From IMG/VR virus record IMGVR_UViG_3300020469_000020, positions 41,192 through 105,191 of that record: a DNA stretch of 64,000 nt; one strand, given 5' to 3'. Every line of letters starts with the position of its first letter. Within the stretch, counting starts at the first letter, position 1. Shown here piece after piece: positions 10,031-18,877 of the stretch. A program made the position numbers and the translations under genes. The DNA is from a virus. The notes beneath the pieces are model-generated. The model was not told the DNA's origin, searched no databases, and saw only the letters and a list, made by a program, of their open reading frames with translations.

Positions 10031-11704
10031 TCAATTTTGGCTTTTTTGAAGACCATCAAATAGCCACATGTTTTGTCTTAGAATTTCAATGTCTTGAGTT
10101 TCATCTTCTTCACCCGCAAATGCTGGTGAGACATAATCATCTATACCATTATTAAGAAATCCAAAAGGTAAATAATTTTCTTCATTTTCTTTTTCTTCAA
10201 CATACTTCATTAGATTTTCACGTATATTACTATCATATAATTCTTTAAAATATTCTTCATCTACTATCCATGAAAATAAAACTAATGTCATAATACAATC
10301 ATCATGTTTTCCATTTTCTGCTTTATAAGATCCTGATCTTGCATCAACCGAAAAAGTTAAAAATTCTCCTATTGTATCTGCATCTGTAACTATCAATTGA
10401 TCTTTTTCAATAAGCATTTTTAAATTTGAACAACCCATTCTTTTTATTCTTGCAGTTGTGGTAACTCCATATTTTGCATTTTTGTGAAATCCACTTGACA
10501 AAGTAGTTTTCATATCTTTTTTAACTGTAGTAAACATATTATCATATTCTAAATCTTGAATTAACACATCTGTTACTTGAGAACCTATATTATTTTCTTC
10601 AACTAAAACATATGCTTGATTATATTTTAACGCAACATTATGTATTGTTCTTGCATAGATTATCGGCTGTATTGTATTATCACGAAAAACTGCTACTACT
10701 TTAAATGGCCTCATAGAAACATCTATTACAGAAAATACTGAATAGTCTTTGTCCCTACCTTTTGAAACATCCGCTACAATTACATAATCATGTTCTTCTT
10801 CTACATCTTTGTATATTTTTAAATTCTCAGTCTCTTTCTTAGGTTTTTCAATTGCCATATCTTTCAATTTATGAGAAGCTATTAAAGTTGCGGTACTTCC
10901 CAAAAATTGACAACAGTGTTCTACTAAAAATTTTTCTTCTCCAAATTGTGCAATGGTTTTCTTTTTCCATTCTTCACCTCTATCAGGTCTTTGATGCCAC
11001 ATAACTTTGTATGGAATGAAATCATTTATACCAGATTCAGCTTCTGTCCAAAACTTATAGAAATGATTTAATCCTTTTGGTGTGGAAGTCATTACAACCT
11101 TAGATGATGTACCAGATGATATTGTGGGATAAGTCGCAGACCAAAATAGATCAAAGTTATCAACAAAAGCACACTCATCTACATAAAGAAAATTAATTGT
11201 TTCACCACGTATACTATCTCCTGTAGATGCTGATACCATCACCATACATCCATTTTCTAACTCAATTGAATTGACATTCCAAGATAACACACCTTGTTGC
11301 ATCCACAATGGAATATGCTCATAAGCTTGCTTAATAAGTCTTAAACTTTTTCTTGCCGTTTTCATGTAATTTGCTAATATAGCAACATTTTTAGAACTAT
11401 TAAATAAAATATAATGAAGAATATATCCACAAATAGTAGTTGTCTTAGAAATCTGTCTAGCTGATAAAACTATAGTGTTTCTATTTTGGTGAACAAGATT
11501 TATTATATCTTCCTGATAATCCCATAATTTTATTATTTGCTTTCCTTTATCAATAGTAACAATTTGAAAATAATTGTTTAGAAAATAAGTTACATCATTT
11601 TTACATTTAACATACTCTAATATTTGTTTTTTGGTAAAGGGAATGTCTTGTCCAACTCTTTTTAACTTTGGATTATTTTTATAATTTTGTAAATCTACTG
11701 TCAT
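10031..11704 (-). CDS. gp17: Terminase large subunit gp17
   Basis: ARQISKTT Walker A, LYVDECAF Walker B, STPKGLNHFY, ADVSKG..DYS and HDDCIMTL nuclease motifs. Confidence 0.96.
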   Translation of the reverse strand: MTVDLQNYKNNPKLKRVGQDIPFTKKQILEYVKCKNDVTYFLNNYFQIVTIDKGKQIIKLWDYQEDIINLVHQNRNTIVLSARQISKTTTICGYILHYILFNSSKNVAILANYMKTARKSLRLIKQAYEHIPLWMQQGVLSWNVNSIELENGCMVMVSASTGDSIRGETINFLYVDECAFVDNFDLFWSATYPTISSGTSSKVVMTSTPKGLNHFYKFWTEAESGINDFIPYKVMWHQRPDRGEEWKKKTIAQFGEEKFLVEHCCQFLGSTATLIASHKLKDMAIEKPKKETENLKIYKDVEEEHDYVIVADVSKGRDKDYSVFSVIDVSMRPFKVVAVFRDNTIQPIIYARTIHNVALKYNQAYVLVEENNIGSQVTDVLIQDLEYDNMFTTVKKDMKTTLSSGFHKNAKYGVTTTARIKRMGCSNLKMLIEKDQLIVTDADTIGEFLTFSVDARSGSYKAENGKHDDCIMTLVLFSWIVDEEYFKELYDSNIRENLMKYVEEKENEENYLPFGFLNNGIDDYVSPAFAGEEDETQDIEILRQNMWLFDGLQKSQN

Positions 11705-11727
11705 TTAAAACTACCTTTTTGTAATTG

Positions 11728-11760
11728 GATAAATAATATAAAACTGCATACTTATTTATT
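11728..11760. promoter_or_regulatory. Divergent late promoters: GATAAATA (+, 11728-11735) and AATAAATA (-, 11753-11760)
   Basis: Located in the 74-bp gap between divergent late operons. Confidence 0.5.
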
Positions 11761-11778
11761 TTTAAAGGAAATTGTCAA

Positions 11779-13800
11779 ATGAAAAGTTTTTTAAATTTTT
11801 TAAAAGAGAACTCTACAATTGTTGATGAAGGTGTTTTTATAGGTGAAGATGTTCCTATGGGAAAGTTTGTTTCAACAAAAGAAAAAGACATATTAATTGG
11901 AAGTGATACTAAGCAAGGATTTTATTTATATTTTGTTGAGTATGATTCTTTAAACAAACCTGGTCAGAGTAATATATATTTTGGTATTAAATATAGACCT
12001 GGATCAGAAGGTGATCCTGATCTGTTTTGGGGTTCATTGAGAACACAGAATGAAAAACTGAATAAACCTTTGAAAATGTCTATGTGGAAAGACTTTGTAG
12101 TAAAATGTAATAGCAACGTATGCAAGCCAGAAAGTGAAAACATTGTAAAACCTGGAAACATATACATGTCTTCTGCTTCAGCACAAACACCTGAAAGTTT
12201 ACCAAGAACAATTTATCAAGGTTTGACAAATCCTAATAAGCAAAAATTTCATCCTTGGATTGTTAATACTACAACTCTAAAGTATGCAAAAAAGGCCGCT
12301 GGAGTAAAAGATGATTCTGATATCAAAATATATCCAATAGCTAAGAATAGAAATACAAGAATCCCTACAGGTAGTGAATATGCATATAGGATTTATGTTT
12401 TAGATGACATGAACAAACTTCAAGAGGTTTTAACTAAGATAAGAAAAAGTTCTTCAAAATTACCAGCAGAAGTTAAAACTTTTTTCAAACAAGCCGAAGA
12501 TAATAAAAAATATATTAAAGAAGTTTTGATTACAGAAAATGCTCAGGAGTTTATAGCAAAATTTTATCCTATTATAGAAGAGTATTACAAAGATAAGAAA
12601 AAACCCTCAGAATTAAGCACTAAAGAAAGTTATTTTAATTTTCTAAAAAAGTCTATAGAAAAGAACGCTTGGGTTTTAGTTGGTACATTTGAATCACTAG
12701 CTACTATAATGATGGACAATCTAATTAATGGGAAAAAAGAAGGTCCATATGATCATTTGAATAAACTGTATAATAAGAAAACTGATACAGGTGTAGCACT
12801 TCAAGTAAAATCAACACAAAAAATAATAAATTTTAAACCAGAACTATTTGATGTTTACTTACCGGCATCTTTGAATAAAGAAGCTAAAGATGAACTTGGA
12901 GCATATTTAACAGGTGATGATGCTAGTGCAATTAAAGAACGTGAAAAAAAGAAAAAAGAAGATGAGGAAAGAAAAATAGAAAATCAGAAAAAAAGAGAAG
13001 TTAGAAGTAAACTTATGTTTGTTCCTATTCGCTCTGATTTTATTGTAGATGATGTTGCAACAAACTTTTTAAAAGATATAGTTAATGCGGTTAACAACAA
13101 AAATGTAAGTGTGGTTGTTAAATTAAGAAAGTATTTTTTAACCAATGGCATAAAAGATATGATGTCTTTACATGCAGATAAACCACTGAATAAATTATTT
13201 ATAAAAAGTTCAACTAGAAATGAAGTTTATATAAAATCTCCTACGCCTATGAGTGCTGGAGATGAAAAGAAATTTTCAAAGAAAATTACAAAATTAACTG
13301 CATACGATTACATGAAACAAGTATTATCAATGACTACTTCTGATGCTGATATACTTAGAAGAATGTTTACTATGTATGATTTTGTTAATACATTTTTTGA
13401 TATTGATTTACCGGCAGAAGTTAAGTTTATGAAAGTTAGTGATTTCGTAAAAAGTGATTATATGAATGCATTAACTGGTAATAAAAAGAAAGAAGAAACT
13501 AAAGAAAAAGAACAAATAGCCGCATCATATATTGAGGATGTGAATGGTGAATTATTAAATGAAGCAGAAGTTTCTAAAGTTGATAAAGCAGCATTTACAC
13601 ATGTATTTGATCTTTTGAAAACTGAAAAAAATCCTTATGGAAATATATTTTTTGAATTCAATGGTAAAGTTTCGCAATTAAATAAAGGTGGTTTAAAAGA
13701 AGATACAAAAGGTGATGATAAGTCTTTTGATAAATTAAAAAAATTAGTTATTCTTTCTAGTGATTTTGGAATTACGCACCATAATTTAAGTAAAAAATAA
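11779..13800 (+). CDS. Large hypothetical protein, probable internal head protein
   Basis: 673-aa ORF; N-terminus MKSFLNFLKE resembles the T4 capsid-targeting sequence; late promoter upstream. Confidence 0.6.
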   Translation: MKSFLNFLKENSTIVDEGVFIGEDVPMGKFVSTKEKDILIGSDTKQGFYLYFVEYDSLNKPGQSNIYFGIKYRPGSEGDPDLFWGSLRTQNEKLNKPLKMSMWKDFVVKCNSNVCKPESENIVKPGNIYMSSASAQTPESLPRTIYQGLTNPNKQKFHPWIVNTTTLKYAKKAAGVKDDSDIKIYPIAKNRNTRIPTGSEYAYRIYVLDDMNKLQEVLTKIRKSSSKLPAEVKTFFKQAEDNKKYIKEVLITENAQEFIAKFYPIIEEYYKDKKKPSELSTKESYFNFLKKSIEKNAWVLVGTFESLATIMMDNLINGKKEGPYDHLNKLYNKKTDTGVALQVKSTQKIINFKPELFDVYLPASLNKEAKDELGAYLTGDDASAIKEREKKKKEDEERKIENQKKREVRSKLMFVPIRSDFIVDDVATNFLKDIVNAVNNKNVSVVVKLRKYFLTNGIKDMMSLHADKPLNKLFIKSSTRNEVYIKSPTPMSAGDEKKFSKKITKLTAYDYMKQVLSMTTSDADILRRMFTMYDFVNTFFDIDLPAEVKFMKVSDFVKSDYMNALTGNKKKEETKEKEQIAASYIEDVNGELLNEAEVSKVDKAAFTHVFDLLKTEKNPYGNIFFEFNGKVSQLNKGGLKEDTKGDDKSFDKLKKLVILSSDFGITHHNLSKK

Positions 13801-13803
13801 TAA

Positions 13804-14646
13804 ATGAAAGCAAACATACACTTTAATCATTATGCATATAAAGGTGAGCAAAATCTAGTACAAGATTTGCATGATGAAATAATACAAATTCTTGGTGTTA
13901 ATGTATCCTATTTACCTAAAGAAAGTTTTAATTATGATTTAATTTTTGGTTCAGATGATGATCAAAGATTTACAGAATCATACTTAATAGAAATGATGTT
14001 GGAACAACCTGATGATTATATGGGAGATGCGCTACTTGGTAAATTTGGTGTTCAAATAGAAGAGACAATTTCTTTAGTAGTATCTCAGAGAAGATTTGAT
14101 GAACTAAAAATAGAAAATTATAAAAGACCAAAAGAAGGAGACTTGATTTATTTTCCAATAGATGATAGACTTTATACAATTACTTTTGTTGATTATCAAG
14201 CTCCCGGATTTCTACAAGCTGGTATATTTCCAGGTTATAGATTGTCATGTGAATTATATACTCCAAGTCATGAGCAAATACATACTGATGTTAAACATAT
14301 TGATGAAGCTGATGAAGAAATACATACTCTAGAAATTCCAATTGTGGATATAGTAGGCAGATTTGCTGCTGGAGAACAAGTAATTGGACAAACAACAAAG
14401 TTTGAAGGTACTGTTAAAAAGTTCTATCCAAGAAAGAAAGTGTTGGCAGTAAACCATCTAAATGGTTTGTTCTCTGTTAATGAAATTGTCATTGGTCAAA
14501 AAACTAATGCTCAGGCAAAAATCTCAGAATTGATAGACCATATTGATAATAAAAATAGTGAATCTGTCAGACTTGAAACTAATAGACAATTTAGAGATGA
14601 AGGTGATCAATTACTTGACTGGGATCCAACAAATCCTTTAGCATAA
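13804..14646 (+). CDS. gp14: Neck protein gp14
   Basis: EQNLVQDL..EIIQILG, KFGVQI, RPKEGDLIYFP, C-terminal NPL. Confidence 0.88.
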   Translation: MKANIHFNHYAYKGEQNLVQDLHDEIIQILGVNVSYLPKESFNYDLIFGSDDDQRFTESYLIEMMLEQPDDYMGDALLGKFGVQIEETISLVVSQRRFDELKIENYKRPKEGDLIYFPIDDRLYTITFVDYQAPGFLQAGIFPGYRLSCELYTPSHEQIHTDVKHIDEADEEIHTLEIPIVDIVGRFAAGEQVIGQTTKFEGTVKKFYPRKKVLAVNHLNGLFSVNEIVIGQKTNAQAKISELIDHIDNKNSESVRLETNRQFRDEGDQLLDWDPTNPLA

Positions 14647-14653
14647 GAGAAAA

Positions 14654-15595
14654 ATGTTTTTTACTAATTCTGTAAGCGAACAAGACCAGTACCACCAAAC
14701 TATAAGAAATTTGGTGGTTGTAATTGGTTCTTTGTTTTCTAAAATGTTACTTGTAAGAAAAAATCATAAAACAGATATAATTGAAGAGAAAATTAGTGTA
14801 CCAATAAATTTTTCAAATCGTGATAAATTGTTAACACTAGTAAGAGAAGTACCTGATATAGATTCTAAAAATACTAATTATACAATTCCTCGTATTGGAT
14901 TTTCTTTTGATGGGTTAAGTTATGACGGTCAGCGCCAGCTGCCAAAAACTGGTGGTAGAGGAAGACCTACAAAAGATGAAAAAAATAAAAAAGATGCACT
15001 TATAATGTACAACGGAGTTCCGTATAACTTTGATTTTACTGTTTCTATTGTAACTAAATATGCAGAGGACCTTACACAACTTGTTGAAAAGATTTTACCT
15101 TATTTTACACCTAATTTAAATATTACATACAAAGCTATACCAGAACTAAGTTTAAATATTGATGTTCCATTATTACTCAATGGAGTGAATTGGCAAGATG
15201 ATTACCAGGGATTGCAAGAAAGAAGATTATTAATAGCTGACCTTTCTCTAACTGCAAAATCTTATATTTTTCCACCAATAAAAAGCTATCCAAGAGTAAA
15301 TACTGTTTTTGTAGAAACACACACTCTTGCAACCGCCGGAGATTTATATACCAAAAATAAAGTAGCTTTAACTGATAACACAGGAAATACCGTTCAAACA
15401 GAATATGGTGGTAATTTACAAGACGAAAGAGCAAGTAATGCTATGACTGATCCAAGGAATGAGCATAGTTTAATAAAAATATATGGTTATGAAGATAGTG
15501 ATGACTTTGGTTTTAAAGAATTTATATATGAAGGAGTAACATACGATACACAAAGAGAAAGAGAAGAAGCATGGGCAAACAATGAAATCATTTAA
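14654..15595 (+). CDS. gp15: Tail sheath stabiliser / tail terminator gp15
   Basis: YHQTIRNLVVVIGSLF, PRIGF, VPYNFDF, QLVEKILPYFTP. Confidence 0.9.
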   Translation: MFFTNSVSEQDQYHQTIRNLVVVIGSLFSKMLLVRKNHKTDIIEEKISVPINFSNRDKLLTLVREVPDIDSKNTNYTIPRIGFSFDGLSYDGQRQLPKTGGRGRPTKDEKNKKDALIMYNGVPYNFDFTVSIVTKYAEDLTQLVEKILPYFTPNLNITYKAIPELSLNIDVPLLLNGVNWQDDYQGLQERRLLIADLSLTAKSYIFPPIKSYPRVNTVFVETHTLATAGDLYTKNKVALTDNTGNTVQTEYGGNLQDERASNAMTDPRNEHSLIKIYGYEDSDDFGFKEFIYEGVTYDTQREREEAWANNEII

Positions 15596-16178
15596 ACAAT
15601 TTATAGTAGAAGAAGATTATAAAGGTGAACACAAAGCACCTTCAAAAAGTCAAGCGGCTCCTTTAAATGATTTAACGGATAATGGTATATATCCAAAAGA
15701 TGTATATTCTTCTAATGGATTAAGATATTATGGAACCGGAAGCAACCTTGATAATAAAGCATATGCTATAGTTGACAGTGTCAAAAATAAACCAGAAAGT
15801 AAAGTTAAAATGTATCGTGCGGTTCCGCATGTAAAATCAAAAGAAGAAAGATTAAGTATAATTAATACTGCTAAAAAAATGTGGATGAAAAGAGAAAAGG
15901 TTCATCCTGCTTTTGAAAGATTAAGTATTCCAAAGAAACAGTATTATGATTGGTTGCATAATGAAGCTGAAAAAATAGAAAAAGAAAAAGAGGAAAAAGA
16001 TAAGGAAATCACCGAAATTAATCCTGGTGACTGGGTAACAACAGTTTTAGGTTATGCAAAGGAACATGGCAAAGCGAATTTAAATGATGAATATAAAGTG
16101 TTAAGTAAAACAGTAAAAGCTAAAGAACTCTATACCGATGGTAATAGTTGGTTAGAGTGGGCGTATTTGCCAAACTAA
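15582..16178 (+). CDS. Putative internal head protein with ADP-ribosyltransferase-like motifs
   Basis: MKSFKQFIVE leader; MYRAVP...INPGDWVT...EWAY pattern. Confidence 0.5.
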   Translation: MKSFKQFIVEEDYKGEHKAPSKSQAAPLNDLTDNGIYPKDVYSSNGLRYYGTGSNLDNKAYAIVDSVKNKPESKVKMYRAVPHVKSKEERLSIINTAKKMWMKREKVHPAFERLSIPKKQYYDWLHNEAEKIEKEKEEKDKEITEINPGDWVTTVLGYAKEHGKANLNDEYKVLSKTVKAKELYTDGNSWLEWAYLPN

Positions 16179-16191
16179 GTAAGGAGAATAG

Positions 16192-16674
16192 ATGAAATAT
16201 ATTAAAAGTATATTTGTAATGCTTTGTATATCTACGATTTTAGCATTTTCCACTCAGGCAGAACTTCATTCGGATACCTATATAGGAAATGGTAGAACAT
16301 TTGTAAACATTGTTAAACATATTGAAAGAGGTGGAAAAAAATATCCACTCTTTTATACATCTAAAGAAGATGTGTATGCTTTTTCATTTGATTATGTTGT
16401 AGCAGAAATGAAAAATATGGAAAAAGCAGAAGCAATAGCAAAAAAATATGGAGTTAAACTCACGGCATACAATGATTTACAAATTGCTCTTTTTATTGCT
16501 GACAGTCCAATGGAAGTTATGGATTTGTATAAAAAATTAAAAACTGAACCAATGATTGAATATTTGGAGTTAGCTTTATTTGAAGCACATCCAGACATGA
16601 AAAAATATGTCGTAAAGCTTCCTGGTGTTGAAACACCGATAGGTAATGTAATGCTTTGGTTTGATAAATGGTAA
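16192..16674 (+). CDS. Hypothetical exported protein
   Basis: Signal peptide ending TQA-E; AAGGAG RBS. Confidence 0.6.
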   Translation: MKYIKSIFVMLCISTILAFSTQAELHSDTYIGNGRTFVNIVKHIERGGKKYPLFYTSKEDVYAFSFDYVVAEMKNMEKAEAIAKKYGVKLTAYNDLQIALFIADSPMEVMDLYKKLKTEPMIEYLELALFEAHPDMKKYVVKLPGVETPIGNVMLWFDKW

Positions 16675-16690
16675 TCTAAAGGAGAATCAA

Positions 16691-17152
16691 ATGAGTATTT
16701 TTTTGAAGTGGTGGTTGTTAATAACATTGACAGTTATGGGAATAGCAACTAGTATTTATTTTAATTTTCATATGTTTTTATTTAATAATGACCTTACAAA
16801 ATTAAGTTTAGTAATTTTATCTTTATTTATAATTAGCACTATAGTTATTGGTTACAAGATATGGTATGGAAAAATAAAGAAAATTAAAGAATATAGCTTT
16901 GAAAAAGAATGGTTTGTAAGTGAATTATTAATTAGTTTAGGAATGATTGGTACGGTTATTGGTTTTATATTCATGCTATATTCTGTGTTTGTGGATTTAA
17001 ATATAGAGGATGCACAAGCAGTTCAAGAAAGTTTAGGCGGAATGGCGCAGGGTATGGGTACTGCACTACTCACAACTTTAGTTGGTCTTATTGGTAGTGT
17101 GTTAATTAAAAGTCAATTAGTAATGGTAGAAGATGAGAAAATACAGCAGTAA
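16691..17152 (+). CDS. MotA/TolQ/ExbB proton-channel family membrane protein
   Basis: Four hydrophobic segments; LGMIGTVIGF and GMGTALLTTLVGL channel motifs; ATG at 16691 with AAGGAG RBS. Confidence 0.85.
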   Translation: MSIFLKWWLLITLTVMGIATSIYFNFHMFLFNNDLTKLSLVILSLFIISTIVIGYKIWYGKIKKIKEYSFEKEWFVSELLISLGMIGTVIGFIFMLYSVFVDLNIEDAQAVQESLGGMAQGMGTALLTTLVGLIGSVLIKSQLVMVEDEKIQQ

Positions 17153-17831
17153 TCTTGCTTTCATAGACCTGCTATTTAATCTCATACTTGGTTTTGTTTT
17201 TCTTTTTGTTGTAAGTTTTTTATTAATTAATGATCCAACAAAAAAAGATAACGTAGAAGCTAAAGCTGAGTATATGATTATAATGAGTTGGGATGCAGAT
17301 AAAGACGTTGATATTGATTTATGGGTACAAGGTCCAAGTGGTCTTGTAGGATTTAGACAACCTATGGCTGGATTTATGAACTTAGACCGTGATGATTTAG
17401 GTCATCGTAATGATAGAATTGTTCGTGGTCCAAATGCGGGAGAAATTGTCTACTTAAATCGTGAAGTTGTAAATATAAGAGGATTTCAGCCTGGCGAATA
17501 TGTTGTAAATGCACATTATTATTTTGGAAGAGGTCCATATCAAAGCGATTTATCAGTAGAAATAACAGTTGAGGTTTTAAAGTTAAATCCATATTCACAA
17601 GTTTATGTTGGTACTAAAAAAATATTTAAAAAAGGTGAAGAAAGAACTTTTACAAGATTTACAATGAAACCAAATGGATATTATACTAATGTAAATGAGT
17701 TACCAAAGGCACTAGTAATGGTAGGACATGACTTACCACCTTCAACAAGTTTTGGACAAAGCCTTCAAGGTTCACATCCTGGTCAACCTAAAACTGATGA
17801 TGATGATGATAACAATGATGATGGAACATAG
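17133..17831 (+). CDS. ExbD/TolR/MotB-like single-pass protein with a periplasmic beta domain
   Basis: N-terminal TM with conserved Asp (AFIDLLFNLILGF); DVDIDLWVQGP...LDRDDLG...PGEYVVNAHYY domain; overlaps the ExbB-like gene. Confidence 0.75.
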   Translation: MRKYSSNLAFIDLLFNLILGFVFLFVVSFLLINDPTKKDNVEAKAEYMIIMSWDADKDVDIDLWVQGPSGLVGFRQPMAGFMNLDRDDLGHRNDRIVRGPNAGEIVYLNREVVNIRGFQPGEYVVNAHYYFGRGPYQSDLSVEITVEVLKLNPYSQVYVGTKKIFKKGEERTFTRFTMKPNGYYTNVNELPKALVMVGHDLPPSTSFGQSLQGSHPGQPKTDDDDDNNDDGT

Positions 17832-17840
17832 GAGAATATC

Positions 17841-18365
17841 ATGATATACTTAGTAACACTTTCTATATTTTTAGTTTCTGTATTTTTATATCTTTTGATA
17901 GAATTAAAAAGAAGTATACATTTAATATACGTTATACCTCTTAGTCTTATTTTTACAGCTGGAAGTTATTTTTATCTAGATTCTTTGTTTGGATATCCAG
18001 TTGCAAAAACTAATGAAGAGAAATTTTATTTATTGTCATATTATATTGCACCAGAAGAAACAACTATTAATATGTGGGTTATTTTAGAAAAGGAGACCGT
18101 TCCAAAGGCTATAGTTCTTCCATACGATCAAGAAACGCATGAAGCACTTGAAGAAGTAAGAAAAAGAATGGGTGAGGGTGATGCTGTAATGGGTGAATTT
18201 AATATCACAACTGACCCAGGAACAGAGTTGGAAGGAGCAACACAAGATGACAAACAATCATCAGGAGGAACTAGAAAATCAGCAGGCGGAGCTTTTAATA
18301 TACTAAACCTAGACTTATCATCAAAACTACCACCAAAAGACCAATATGTCATCGGCGATGATTAA
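17841..18365 (+). CDS. Membrane protein, third gene of the ExbBD-like cluster
   Basis: Two N-terminal TM segments and a soluble C-terminus; AGGAG RBS. Confidence 0.65.
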   Translation: MIYLVTLSIFLVSVFLYLLIELKRSIHLIYVIPLSLIFTAGSYFYLDSLFGYPVAKTNEEKFYLLSYYIAPEETTINMWVILEKETVPKAIVLPYDQETHEALEEVRKRMGEGDAVMGEFNITTDPGTELEGATQDDKQSSGGTRKSAGGAFNILNLDLSSKLPPKDQYVIGDD

Positions 18366-18777
18366 ACCAGAAGAAGTTTGCTATGTTCCTGATGAATTAA
18401 TAGAAGAGGGACAAGAGAGAAAACTTCAAAAAGTTTCAAAATTTAATGATGTAGCAATACCTGAAGAAGAAAATTCCGTCGATGATGACTTTGATTTTGC
18501 CCAAGAAACTATACGTGAAACAATTATGAAATCAAATGAAGTTTTACAAGAACTTGGGCAAGCAGCAATTTTAAATGAAAATGGTAAATTATATGAATCA
18601 TATTCTCAACTAATGAAAAATATAATTGATGGCTCATCGCAACTTATTGATATACATTCCAAAAAGAAAAAAATTAAAGAAGTTAAAGGATCAAAACAAA
18701 AAAATACTCAAGTAAATAATTTGATTGTTGGTTCTACTAAAGAACTATTAGAAATGATAGAAAATCAGAAGTCTTAA
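18346..18777 (+). CDS. gp16: Terminase small subunit gp16
   Basis: DDDFDFAQETIR, YESYSQLMK and NNLIVGSTKELLEMI motifs. Confidence 0.85.
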   Translation: MSSAMIKPEEVCYVPDELIEEGQERKLQKVSKFNDVAIPEEENSVDDDFDFAQETIRETIMKSNEVLQELGQAAILNENGKLYESYSQLMKNIIDGSSQLIDIHSKKKKIKEVKGSKQKNTQVNNLIVGSTKELLEMIENQKS

Positions 18778-18877
18778 ATTTCCCTCCTTCTTTTTGGAAT
18801 AAGATAAATAAAAAAGAATAATTATATTCCCACAACTATATTCTTTTTTTAAAAAAAATAAAATAGCAGCACGTATC

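Noticed and set aside
7539-11704. Introns or inteins in the terminase or sheath genes
   Set aside because: Reading frames are continuous and no intein splice motifs or intron-sized gaps were seen; the extra sheath length looks like an inserted surface domain
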